The notes under the pieces were generated by a model. It was not told the origin of the DNA. It worked only from the letters and a program-made list of their open reading frames with translations, and ran no database searches. Below, one piece after another: positions 1 to 10,569 of a stretch of DNA of 64,000 nucleotides (its first letter is position 1; each line of letters opens with the position of its first letter). Source of the DNA: Anthoceros angustus (lineage: Eukaryota > Plantae > Anthocerotophyta); NCBI GenBank assembly GCA_010909165.1, contig MU008157.1, positions 868,001 to 932,000 on the forward strand, in the 5' to 3' direction. The translations under genes and the position numbers were made by a program.

Positions 1-2312
1 TTCGAGAAGCGCGGTCTGTTTTTCCCAGCCGAGATCAAGGAAATCGTGAAGAGGCGTAGCAACTTTGAATACCTGCTCAAGAGGCACGCGGTGCTCAAGC
101 AAGACTTCCTCAGCTACATCCAGTACGAGCAGCAGCTGGAGGCTCTGCGCAAGCTGCGCAAAAAGGCTGTTGTGAGGGGCCTCAAGGCTTCTGGAAAGAG
201 ATGGCGTTCCTCCCTATCCGATCGCTCCTTGGTAATGCGCATCATGCTCATCTACCAGCGTGCCGTCACCAGGTTCAAGGGCGACCTCAAGCTCTGGCTG
301 CGGTACATGGAATTTTGCAGGAGCCACGGCCCCCGGCGCCTGCAGAAGGTATCCTTTTGCTTGCATCCCAAAATTGCTGTGTTCCTTGCTCTTGGCACAG
401 CTGTCTGTGGTGTTCACCTGGATGCGTCGTTGCCTCCTTAGGTCATGGCCAAGGCGTTGCAGCTGCATTCTGCTGTTCCTGGCCTGTGGATGTACGCAGC
501 AGCCTGGGAATTCGAGCACAACTTAAACGTCGAGGCTGCGAGAGCACTAATGCTGGAGGGCATCCGAGCATGTCCTCAAGCTCAATCCTTGTGGCATGAG
601 TACTTCAGGATGGAGCTTACATATGCTCAGAAGCTCCAGGCTAGAAGGCTTGTTCTTGGTCTGGATTCAGATTCAGGTGTGAAGACTGACCAAGCACTAG
701 CTTTGACAGGTGACTCTGCGGCAGCAGCAAGGGCTGAACATCCCACTTATCAAATTGCTCTCACCATTTTCCGGAATGCTGTCGTGAAAATTCCCTCCAG
801 TATCACTTTTCGATGCCGGTTTGTGGAGCTACTTCAGAGCTTCGATCTAGCGGACGCAGAGAGGATCGAGAATGACATCTGTGAAAGCCTGGAAAAAGAC
901 TTTCCTACTGATGAGGCTACCTGGGATTGGAAAGCCAGACGACATCTTCGGTCATCAGCCAAGCTAGGTTTTGATGAATCACTTCAAAGGGCAGTCAAGG
1001 TGAGATGTCAGGCCTGCCTTGGGTCGATTGTTCTGAAATATTATATCTGAAACACCCACAGGCTTTGTCAAGAAACTTGAAGGATGCTCCCCTCCACACC
1101 AGCTGCTCTTGTGTGTCTCAGAGAATGATCAACGGTTCTTGTGTAGGTGTATGAAGATGCTCTGAAGTCAGTGTCTACAGTCCGCATGTATGAGCTTTAC
1201 ATCAGATTCCTTGAAGATCTGTTGGATCATGAGGATGTGGGTATGGCAAGTAATGCCACTATTGCAGCTCAGAGAGGATATGACATTGCTGAGAGGCAGC
1301 TACATATTTACAAATCAGCAGCAGAAATGGGCTTGTCTAGTGAGATCGTTGCTCATGGGCACCTTGCCCTTTTGCTTAGGTGGGGCAAGCTTGAGGAGGC
1401 ACAGAAATTGGCTGCTGACTTCTGTGCCCGTTCCTTCCCCAAGTCTTCCAAGCTATGGCATGTACGACTGTCAATGGAGCTGAGAAGGCCCCTGTCGACA
1501 GACACAGAAAGGGGCGATCTCTCGAACCTTTTCCTTCATGCCCTGAAATCTGTCCCTATTGGTGAAGCCAAACCTATCTGGCAGATGGTATGACGACTAA
1601 ACGTGGTTTCCTCCTTCCTCATGGCTTTCGTAGTGCTTTATGCAAACTAAGCTGCCAATCCTTTTGCAACTACAGGCCATGGAGTTCTTCTCGAGGCATG
1701 ACAGCAAGTTTAGCAATCTATTGGAGATTCTAGAAGCAGCTTTTGCAACTGGCAATGCTGGTGGAGCAGGAGCAGATCTAGCGATCATCTTAGCGGATTG
1801 GATCTTACTCAGTCAAGGAATTGAACGAGCTCGCCAGGCTTATAACCGGTACTGCAATCTTCTTCACTGGACTACCCTTCTATGAGATAATATGGTAGCT
1901 TCATTTTCAATGACCTGGAAACCTGACCATGTGCAGCCTGTTAGCTCTACCTGGTCCAAGCATTGACTTGATACGGCATAGCATAACCATAGAGTCACGC
2001 ATAGCCAGTCTTGGAGACGTGGATGCTTTTGAACACATGCGCAAGTTGTTTGACCTGGCTGTCAAGCTGCACGGAAAGGAGGATATTCAACTATGGCTGG
2101 AGTACTGCCAGCAGGAACTGCAGGTAAACTTTCCACATGGCTGCAGCCTGCGTAGAAGCAAGTGTTAAGATCGCTTGTAACAGTATGTTATGCTTGTCTG
2201 ATCCATGCAGGCCGGGAATACAGAAGCAGCTGGAGCAGTATACTGGCGTGCAAGGAAGGCCTTGAGAGATCCAACTGCGTTCACTGATGCTTATCATAAG
2301 CTCACGTTGTAG
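1..2312 (+). CDS. UTP6: U3 snoRNA-associated protein 6 (HAT repeats), multi-exon, 5' end lies outside the window
   Basis: N-terminal FEKRGLF..EIKEIVKRRSNFEYLL..KQDFLSYIQYE matches the UTP6 N-terminus. HAT repeats (LWLRYMEFC, LWMYAAAWEFEHN, LWHEYFRMEL) follow. GT-AG introns join ORFs 46-441, 445-1050, 1147-1593, 1640-1885 and 1929-2168; the last exon ends in TAG at 2310-2312. Confidence 0.85.
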
Positions 2313-2454
2313 TGCAGGTTCTACGTTGCTTAGGATTGCAAGTGAGAAAGTTTTGACTGTCAGGGTCGATTGGTAGCCCCGATCACCATATCCTCAAAAG
2401 TAGGTTTGCTCGAGTCGACAGTGCGAGATTCTGCTTTTTTCTGAGTGGATCTCT

Positions 2455-4460
2455 CATTTACAGGAGACACCTGTTGTGTACATTGTAGTAGTGAAGGTGC
2501 TGCATTGTAGTAGAGAAGGTGGTATGGATGTCCATATAACCTATGGGGCCGGGCCGGCGCTTCGAAGGCCCTGTCATTGCTCAGGACCAGAAGTTGTCAC
2601 AACCATTGTGTACATCTACTTCCAGTCCATTGATTTCTGGTATCAACAACAGAATTTACGGTACATGAAGCATGAGCTTGTCGAGTTCTGCTTTCAAATG
2701 TCGATCGCCAACACCGCAACAGCGAGCTTCTCATTTTGATCAGGTATACGTAAGGCACATACCCATCTTCGTTCAAGTTCAATCTGGTGATGTCCTGTTC
2801 GAGCCTTGTAATCAGACGTTCACTCTCGGGATGCTCCGTATCACCAACCACGAAGGTATGCACCAGTCCCTCCATATCTGTCCACCAACTCTGGCCTGCC
2901 TGCTTCCATGCTCGAATTCCTTCTCCTCGTCTGTGTATCATGTGCCTGCCCCCACATCTGGGCACCGCTGTATACATTTGACTCAAAACATATGCAGAGG
3001 CATCTTTCCTATCTAGCTTCAGTGCCTCGTCAAAAGCAAGGCGTCCCACCTCAACATTGCTCAAAGGCATGGTCCGTATTACAGATAGTGCCTCGTCCAG
3101 TTGACCTGCACGACCCAGGAGATCCACGACACAAGTGTAGTGCTCGGCTGTGGGAGTGATGGCATACTGTCTGCTCATCGCATGCAAGTACAGTTGCCCC
3201 TCGTTCACTAGACCGACATGACTGCATACTGTAAGAACACTTAGGAATGTGATGCTGTTTGGCTGCACTCCATCCTCTCTCATTCTGTGAAATAAGCGGA
3301 ATACCACTTCACTGTCTCCTTGACGAGCGTAGCCTGTAATCAGAGCATTCCAGGCATGAAGCTCCCTCCCCTTCTCCAAAGCCAGGGTCCCCACACTTGC
3401 ACATGCCTGCAAGAGGCACGCAAATGTCACCGAATCCAATGCAACCATGCCTCCTTCTTGCATAGCGTCGTAAAGACGAAGGGCTTCCTCCCCCATTCCC
3501 TGCTGAGAAAATCCTGCTATCATAGCATTCCACGTCACCACATCCTTCTCACCAAGCCCGTCAAACACTCTTTGAGCTTCCTCCAAGCTGCCACATTTTG
3601 CATACATGTCCACCAAGCAACTACAGACAAACAAATCAGGCCAGAGCCCACTGGCCAACAAATCAGCTTGCACCTGCTGCCCAGATTTCAAGTCTGCTCC
3701 CGTTGCACAAGCCAGAATAGCTGCCACAAACACGTGAGCATCGGTCTTTACACCTGTCCTACGCATCCGATGATACAACTCTATGGCCTTCTTATCTTGT
3801 CCCTGTTTAACATGCGCATACAGTATGGCAGACAAGGTGAAGGCATTCGGTTTGGCAATCCCCCAAGACATCCATCGCGTCTTGCAACCTGCCATGAGAA
3901 GCATACATTCGCATGATGTGGTTACACAAGAACGTGTCCCACTCATACCCCGCTTTCACTGTGAAAGCATGGACACGGCGCCCTAGAACCAGATCCCTCT
4001 GCACCACACATTCCTTCACCACAGCATACAACAGAGTCTGAGAAATACGATAGTCTTTCTGCACCAGAACTCCAAGAGCCTCAACAGCCTGGGCAAGGCC
4101 CCCCTGCTCACAGAGTTTGCTCACAGTCTCAGACATAACGCCCATTTCATATCCTGCAGGCCTGCCACGCTCAGGAGCACCCAGCATGCTCCAGTTGTAT
4201 GTAGGGTCACGAGGACCCATCTGCATATCTACATGTGCTGCAGCCAGGTGCACATCCACCCAAGCTGGCCTATGCTTGTTGTTTAGCCACATAATCTCAT
4301 GGGACGTCCTCTGCTGGAAGTGAGGCACTGGAAACCTCTTCTCCTGATGCCTGTTACCCCACCAAAGTATACGGTCCAGAAAGACATGTCGACTGGAGCT
4401 ATATCCCAGCTCCAGTGCACCAGCTGGGCTACTTGCGCACATGACAATACCCATGTCCAT
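2455..4460 (-). pseudogene. PLS-class PPR-E-DYW RNA-editing factor (WW-type PG box), disrupted
   Basis: PPR motifs (LVDMYAKCGSLEEAQRVFD, DVVTWNAMIAGF, EHYTCVVDLLGRAG) and PG box KQAGQSWWTD..HTFVVGD. There is a frameshift near 3860-3900, several motifs carry internal deletions, and the DYW domain is frameshifted and decayed (DQNEKLAVAVLAIDI*, GVSCK*). Confidence 0.8.
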
Positions 4461-4924
4461 CGACGCCGCATAGTAAAGAGCAGCTGCGCTAAGAAGATAA
4501 CCGAGAACGGTCCCTGCATCAACTGATGCAAAAGCTTTACCATGCTAGCAGCTTGTGAACAGCTGCACCATCTCAAGCGCTGTGAGAAGCATCACTTGAT
4601 TTCTCAGCAGGTGGTGAGAGGAACCACCTGCGCCGGCGGCTCTGGCATTGTCTGCTGTCGTAGAATCCAAGTCAATTTACCTTATTTCAACTCAATTCAG
4701 TTCAGGCTCTGGGCTATAACGCGAATTTTAGTCGCGAAATGTCGCAAGCAGCGAGTCGGCACGCCCTTCACAGGAAGGACTTCACAAGGCCAGCATATAG
4801 ACGAAGTACGCCTACGGTCTCCGGAAGGAACAGCAATGGCTCGGGGGAAAGCATGAGGAACCTACGTACAGATATACCAAAATGGGAGGACAGAAAAAGG
4901 AGGCAGGGCTCTAAATACATGGTC

Positions 4925-6469
4925 TCACAGAGGGGTAGGGCGTATAGAAACTCGTCCAGCTGAGTTGCTGAAACTTACAGCGGGATAGATAAGCTTGGGA
5001 ATGTTGAGCCATGAACCGCCTGAGCGAAACTGTACGGAGGCTGCTCTTTTGCCCGCTTGTGTAATTGTGAAACCGCAGGTTCCTGCATCCAAGTTCACAG
5101 TGACTTGCACTTCTGTCACATCGGACCTGAACTCAATATTGCTGTCTTTCCTCGTCACAGTCATGCCATTATGCCAGAACCTGGAAATGCCATCTAGAAT
5201 CCAGCCGTTGGAACTATATCCGAGCCAATTGGAGTAATCTACCTCATCTGAGCAGAAACCGATTCCGATGCCCCCGGGATTAGAGGCACCGGAAACAGTA
5301 ACAATCCAGCTGTGCTCTCCGCTGCCTTTCATGCATGAGTAAGTCCTTGCAAAGCCCGACACCTCCGACTCGCAGTGGAGTCCCCTTCCATGCGCACCAT
5401 CATCGATGTCAATCTCGGAGCAACATGCATCAGGGGACCACTGCAGCACATACGGCCCTCGGAACGAGATGGGTGGCCTCAAGTTGAGGGCCATGGCCTG
5501 GTGGCAGAAAGCCTTAAGCAACATCTCGGCAGGAACTATCTTCAACGGCTCAATGTCTCGGGCAAGGACCTGGGGGTTTAGCAGCCTAAAATCTATGAAC
5601 TGAAGGAAGGGGCGAGCAATGCTGGCCGCACTCTCGATTACTTCCGCGGTCCCCGGCGCACACTTATCGATATCGAACCTCTCATCTTCCGGTATCCCGT
5701 CGTAAAGCTTCCCCAAACGCTGCTGCGCATCTTCCGATATCTGATGACCCGACCACTGCAGCACGTATAAAAAGATTGAATACTCACTAGAGCAGAAGAG
5801 GAAATTGGACGCCCACGGTTCCGAGCACTGCAGCGTCTTGGACAGCAGGAACAGCAGCGCCTGCGAACTCAGCTTGTCATAAGGCAGGCGATCAATCGGC
5901 CTGGAAAAAATCTTCTTCAGCAACAGCTCGAAGAAGTAGGGTTCTGAATCCGTGGGCAAGCATTCCAGCGCAAGCGACAGCGTCTCCGCCAAGCCATTCA
6001 CGTTAGACCCGAACGTCTCCGCCACCACGCTGCCGATGAGCTCATCCATATTATCCGTGAGCTGGAAGTAGCGCGCCGCATGAATCACATCCACCGGGGC
6101 CTCCCGCACTCGCTTTTCCGAGAAAAAACCAGAGCTGCAAAACTCGAGCAGCACCTGCAGCGCCTCCGTCCTCATCCCGGGAAAGGGAATGCTCAGCACC
6201 GCCGACATGGCTATGGACTGCGCCTCCTTCATCCCGCTGAGCAGCATCTGCTTGCACACAGGAGACCGGACCGCTAGACTGTACCGGGAGCCGTAGAGCA
6301 CCGCGCCGCTGGCGCTCACCAGCTTCACGTCGCTGAAGGGAAACGCGACGCTGAAGTCCAGCACGTCGGAGGCGGGGAAGCGGCCCAGCCGGTGCTTCCG
6401 CTTCCGCTTCCCCATCCTGCTCTCCTCCGTTACTGTGCCTTCCTTCGCCAAAAACTCCACCTCGTACAT
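4925..6469 (-). CDS. Intronless BTB/POZ (BACK-like middle) plus C-terminal SPRY/B30.2-like domain protein, 514 aa
   Basis: Single ORF starting at ATG. FSDVKLV..G..LYGSRYSLAVRSPVCKQMLLSGMKEA is BTB-like; GEHSWIVTV..GIGIGF..WLG..GWIL..VQVTVNLDAGTCGF..YPAVS is SPRY-like. Confidence 0.75.
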   Translation of the reverse strand: MYEVEFLAKEGTVTEESRMGKRKRKHRLGRFPASDVLDFSVAFPFSDVKLVSASGAVLYGSRYSLAVRSPVCKQMLLSGMKEAQSIAMSAVLSIPFPGMRTEALQVLLEFCSSGFFSEKRVREAPVDVIHAARYFQLTDNMDELIGSVVAETFGSNVNGLAETLSLALECLPTDSEPYFFELLLKKIFSRPIDRLPYDKLSSQALLFLLSKTLQCSEPWASNFLFCSSEYSIFLYVLQWSGHQISEDAQQRLGKLYDGIPEDERFDIDKCAPGTAEVIESAASIARPFLQFIDFRLLNPQVLARDIEPLKIVPAEMLLKAFCHQAMALNLRPPISFRGPYVLQWSPDACCSEIDIDDGAHGRGLHCESEVSGFARTYSCMKGSGEHSWIVTVSGASNPGGIGIGFCSDEVDYSNWLGYSSNGWILDGISRFWHNGMTVTRKDSNIEFRSDVTEVQVTVNLDAGTCGFTITQAGKRAASVQFRSGGSWLNIPKLIYPAVSFSNSAGRVSIRPTPL

Positions 6470-6831
6470 ACACCTTCGAAGGTGGAGGAAAGGAAAGCAG
6501 ACTTCCTATTCTAACTCGCGGTTCCCGCCACGAGTCACCACCGCATCACCTGTTCCCGTCGCTCTTTTCAGCCTGCGGACTGCAAGTCCAACTTCATCAA
6601 CACTAGATGCTTGAAGTTCAAGCCGATTTGGGACAAGCTCCGGCAAAACTTTCTGCTCCGTGGCGGTGTAAAGGGACATCGGGAATCGTGAGGTTTCTGA
6701 TCCATCTTCTAAGCCTTGCTACCATGATGTGCAATATACTTTTGCAGATTTGGATTCCTCCTCCGAGAGAGATTTACAATCCGTACCCGTGTGAGCAAAT
6801 TGAAGTCTCGGTGTCTCTTTTGTGTACATTG

Positions 6832-6994
6832 AAACACGGACTTCAGGGCGAATTGGATGTCAGAGAGGGGGCGTGGAAAGCAAGCTCTTTTTTGCAGGTG
6901 ATGGATTCTGTCTGCAGATGTTCTGATCTGAGGGATGAGAGCATTGAGCTTCTCGTTTTGAATACCTTGCTCTCAGCAGTGACTTCCATGTCGA
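6832..6994 (+). pseudogene. Isolated fragment of a BIG-type Sec7 ARF-GEF N-terminal (DCB) region
   Basis: Translates to HGLQGELD...VMDSVCRCSDLRDESIELLVLNTLLSAVTSMS, close to my recollection of plant BIG ARF-GEFs (ESVCKCHDLGDESIELxVLKTLLSA). No further ARF-GEF sequence is recognisable on either side. Confidence 0.65.
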
Positions 6995-7079
6995 ACACCC
7001 TACTCTCCCATGTTGAGCCAGGGTTAAAAGGAGAACTGGAGAATTCTGGCTTCGCACACATGCAGCAAGCACAAGGGCA

Positions 7080-8073
7080 ACGGATGAGAGCAGGCTGCGG
7101 AAGCGGCAGCGGCTGGGCCGCTTCCCGGCCTCCGATGTGCTGGATTTCTGCGTCGCGGTTCCCTTCGGCGACATGAGGCTGGTGAGCGCCAGCGCCACCG
7201 TGCTCTATGGCTCCCGGTACGCTCTAGCGGTTCGGTCTCCCGTGTGCAAGCTGATGTTGCTGGGAATGATGGAGGAGGCGCAGCCTACGTCGGAGCAGGC
7301 GCTGGAGTTCCTGCTGTCCAAGACGCTGCACTGTTTGGAACCGTGGGCGTCCAGTTTCCCCTCCTGCTCGAGTGAGTGTTCAATCTTTCTTTACGTGCTC
7401 CGGTGGTCGGGTCATCAGACATCGGAAGATGCGCAGCAGCGATTGGGAAAGCTTTACGACGGGATACCGGGGGATGAGAGGTTCGATATCGACAAGTGTG
7501 CGCCGGGGACCGCGGAAGTATTGGAGAGTGCGGCCAGCATTGTTCGCCCCTTGCTTCAGGTCATAGATTTCAGGCAACTAAACCCCCAAGACCTTGCCCG
7601 AGACATTGAGCAGTTGAAGATCGTTCCTGCCGAGACGTTGCTTGAGGCTTTCTGCCACCACGCCATGGCCACCAAGTTGAGGTCACCCATCTTGTTACCG
7701 AGGGCCGTATGTTCTGCAGTGGTTCCCCGATGCATGTTCCTGCGAGATTGACATCGATGATGGTCCGGATGGAAGGGGACCCTACTGCGAGTCGGAGATG
7801 TCGGGCTTTGCAAGGAGTTACTCGGGCTTGAAGGGTAGCGGAGAGCACAGCTGGATTGTTACTGTTTCCAGTTCCTCTAATCCCGGGGGCATCGGAGCCG
7901 GTTTCTGCTCTGATGAGGTAGATTACTCCAGGTGGCTGGGATATAGTTCCAATGGTTGGATTCTAGATGGCAGTGACAGGGTCTGGCATAATAGCAAGAC
8001 TATCACGGTGAACGACAGCAATATTGAGTCCAGGTCCAAAGTGACAGACGTGAAAGTCACTGACGTGAATTAA
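7080..8073 (+). pseudogene. Inverted, internally deleted and frameshifted copy of the BTB-SPRY gene
   Basis: The DNA is the diverged reverse complement of roughly 5095-6430. The segment between GMKEAQ and SQALLFLL is missing, the frame breaks near 7700-7800, and the copy stops at 8073 before the end of the SPRY domain. Confidence 0.85.
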
Positions 8074-8189
8074 TCATGATCGTTATTCACTTCATTTAAT
8101 TATAGTGTACATCAAAGTCCTTTAAATGCACGGGAGACTTTACATGAAAATGTACATCAAAGTCCCACACAAGGATTTCATTGGCCGTG

Positions 8190-8400
8190 ACCTTACTTTC
8201 ATAAGTTAACACATATAAATTATTCACGCAACAAGCAACAATGCACTTCCATAAGTCCGGCAACATGATCCTCGTTCACACCAAAGGCTATTTTTCCTTA
8301 TAAAATGAATGCGGCCCCACCATTTTGCAGTGGAGTGGTGCCCAATGCCAGGGCACTCGCCCAAACCGGGTGCCCTCCGGTTCCAGTCAGCAAGAACATG
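8190..8400 (-). mobile_element. Possible highly degenerate Ty1/copia integrase remnant
   Basis: Across frameshifts the minus strand reads TPLQNG..RKN..LV*TRIMLPDLW, resembling copia TPQQNG.AERKNRTLVE.ARSML..LP..LW. The match is weak. Confidence 0.3.
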
Positions 8401-8415
8401 TCATAGTTCCATGTC

Positions 8416-8457
8416 CATGGAATAGCCCATGAGATTAATCTCATGGGCTATTCCATG
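8416..8457. repeat. Perfect 42-bp palindrome centred on TTAA
   Basis: CATGGAATAGCCCATGAGATTAATCTCATGGGCTATTCCATG equals its own reverse complement. Confidence 0.95.
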
Positions 8458-8698
8458 CTTCATGGCAATATGTTTTAAAACCTACCTCAGCACCACATAT
8501 GTATGTTGAGAAGGGTGTAATCACACTAGCAAGTCCCATCACCACCAGCCTTTTTCCTACTTCTATGTGCAGGCATTCATCTTTAACAATAACAAGCTCC
8601 ATAAACACATACAACCAACCTTGTAGAAACAACAATTGTTTCCCTTCTTATGACATAGCTCTTCAAACGTGAGATGCTGAGATATTCAGTGCCAGCGT

Positions 8699-8900
8699 GA
8701 GATGGACCATGATGGAGGCAGCTTCTGGTGTGAGAGAATGTAGATAGACCATGATGGACAGGATGCAGCTGTGGATGTGAGGGGCTGGAGATGGACCATG
8801 ATGGATGCAGCTTCTAATGTGAGGGATTGTAGATAGACCATGATAGACAGGATGCAGCTGCGGATGTGAGGGATTGGAGATTGACCATGATGAAGAGGAT
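8699..8900. repeat. Tandem repeat with alternating ~42 and ~47 bp subunits (~89-bp dimer, ~2.3 copies)
   Basis: Recurring AGATGGACCATGATGGA / AGATAGACCATGATGGACAGGATGCAGCTG...GATGTGAGGG units. Confidence 0.8.
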
Positions 8901-9350
8901 GTAGATACGGATGTGAGCTAACGAATAGGGGATCACAACGGTGCAAATAACATGAGGTTTTGTATAAACTTCATAGAGATAGAGGGAAAACAAAAAGGAG
9001 GAATGGAAATGATAAAATAACATATTATTAAATAAATAGAAATAACTAAAACGGTATAGATATATAGACTAGCTACATAGATGATTAATTACTAAAAGAT
9101 ACATAGATAGATATTATATATTATTATTTTATGTTCTCTTGGCCTCTTCGCCTCTGCGCCTAATTCAATAAATAGTATGTACACAGAAAATGTGGATTCC
9201 TAACCGCTTCGAGTCTCCGACCTCAAGGAGAACGTACGTGTGATGTCAAAGTTGGTAACGGCCCAAGACAATTGGATTGAGTTGGGCTGAAGAAGCAGCA
9301 AGCTCCGAGGAATCCTAAGGAAGCACAAGGAGCTCTGAGCAGTCGGAATA

Positions 9351-10161
9351 ATGAGCAAGAGTTTGGGAATTCCGGTGAAGCTTCTTCATGAAGCCGAGGG
9401 ACACATTGTCACGGTAGAGCTCAAGAGCGGGGACGTCTACAGGGGTTCTCTTATTGAGTGCGAGGACAACTGGAACTGCCAGCTGGAGTCCATCACCTAC
9501 ACAGCCAGAGTGAGCTCTGCCGTATTCGTTCTTCGTGCTCCATTTCAGCTGAACATGTTGTGGTAGACAGTAGGCAGCTTACACTGACCTTGTACTGCGG
9601 CGGATCATCAGGATGGCAGAATGTCGCAGTTGGAGCACGTCTTCATTCGCGGCAGTAAAGTGAGGTGCGTCCAGAAGCTCTATCTGTGCTCTCCAGTGCA
9701 GAATATTAGGTTGGACGGCTGGAGAAGTGACATTATTTTTGTGTTGTTGAATTGTAGGTTCATGATCATTCCGGACATGCTGAAGAACGCCCCGATGTTT
9801 AAAAATCTAGACTCTAAGAATAAGGTAGGGAGATATTTGTGGTAGAGTGCACCTTGCTGTGGCTTCCGGATGGGCCTAATGTGCATTTAAATTTTGTGCA
9901 GGGCAAAGGGTCTTCAAGGACTGGTGCTGCTCGTGGACGAACTGGTGGAATGTGGAACAAGGTACTTTTGGTTTTGGACATGGGGTTATTACTTTTATGT
10001 TATGCTCCTTTCTAGAGCCATCTACGGTGTGCATATGCAGATTTTGCACATGTTTCCTAGCGTCTGACAGATTGCTTTGCGATTTTCAGGGGCGATCGGC
10101 TGCCCGTGGCACCGTACCTGCACAACTGCCCAGACCTGCAGCCCCATCCAGGAGATCATAA
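9351..10161 (+). CDS. SmD3: Small nuclear ribonucleoprotein Sm D3
   Basis: [40 protein letters not shown]; later exons [14 protein letters not shown] and [15 protein letters not shown]; RG-rich tail. Confidence 0.95.
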
Positions 10162-10569
10162 GTAATTTCTTCATGGGATTTTTTGCATAATGGCAGGGAC
10201 CTGAGGAAAGCTGTTCACGTTATACCAGATGTAGCTCGGAAGCAGAATCGATGAGAACATGGTACACGGAGTCACATCCTTCTGGAGATGTGTGTTAAAA
10301 CCATACTGTCGGACCTGTTTTCTGATATGTCCATCAATCAGGTTGCCCCTAAAAAAAAAGGCTGGCAGGATATCTCAGGTCTGAATGTAACTGCAAGATG
10401 GCTCAGCCTAGCTAGGTGAGTGGAACCTGTTTAAGTTAGTGTAGAGTGCAACGCCGAATAGGTCTCCCAGACAAATGGAGAAGTGGAACGGAATCGCCAC
10501 AGTTTTGATGCATTGTTTTGGGCTCAAGTGTGCTGCAAACGCAAGTCACTTGGTTACCTTGTACTTTGT

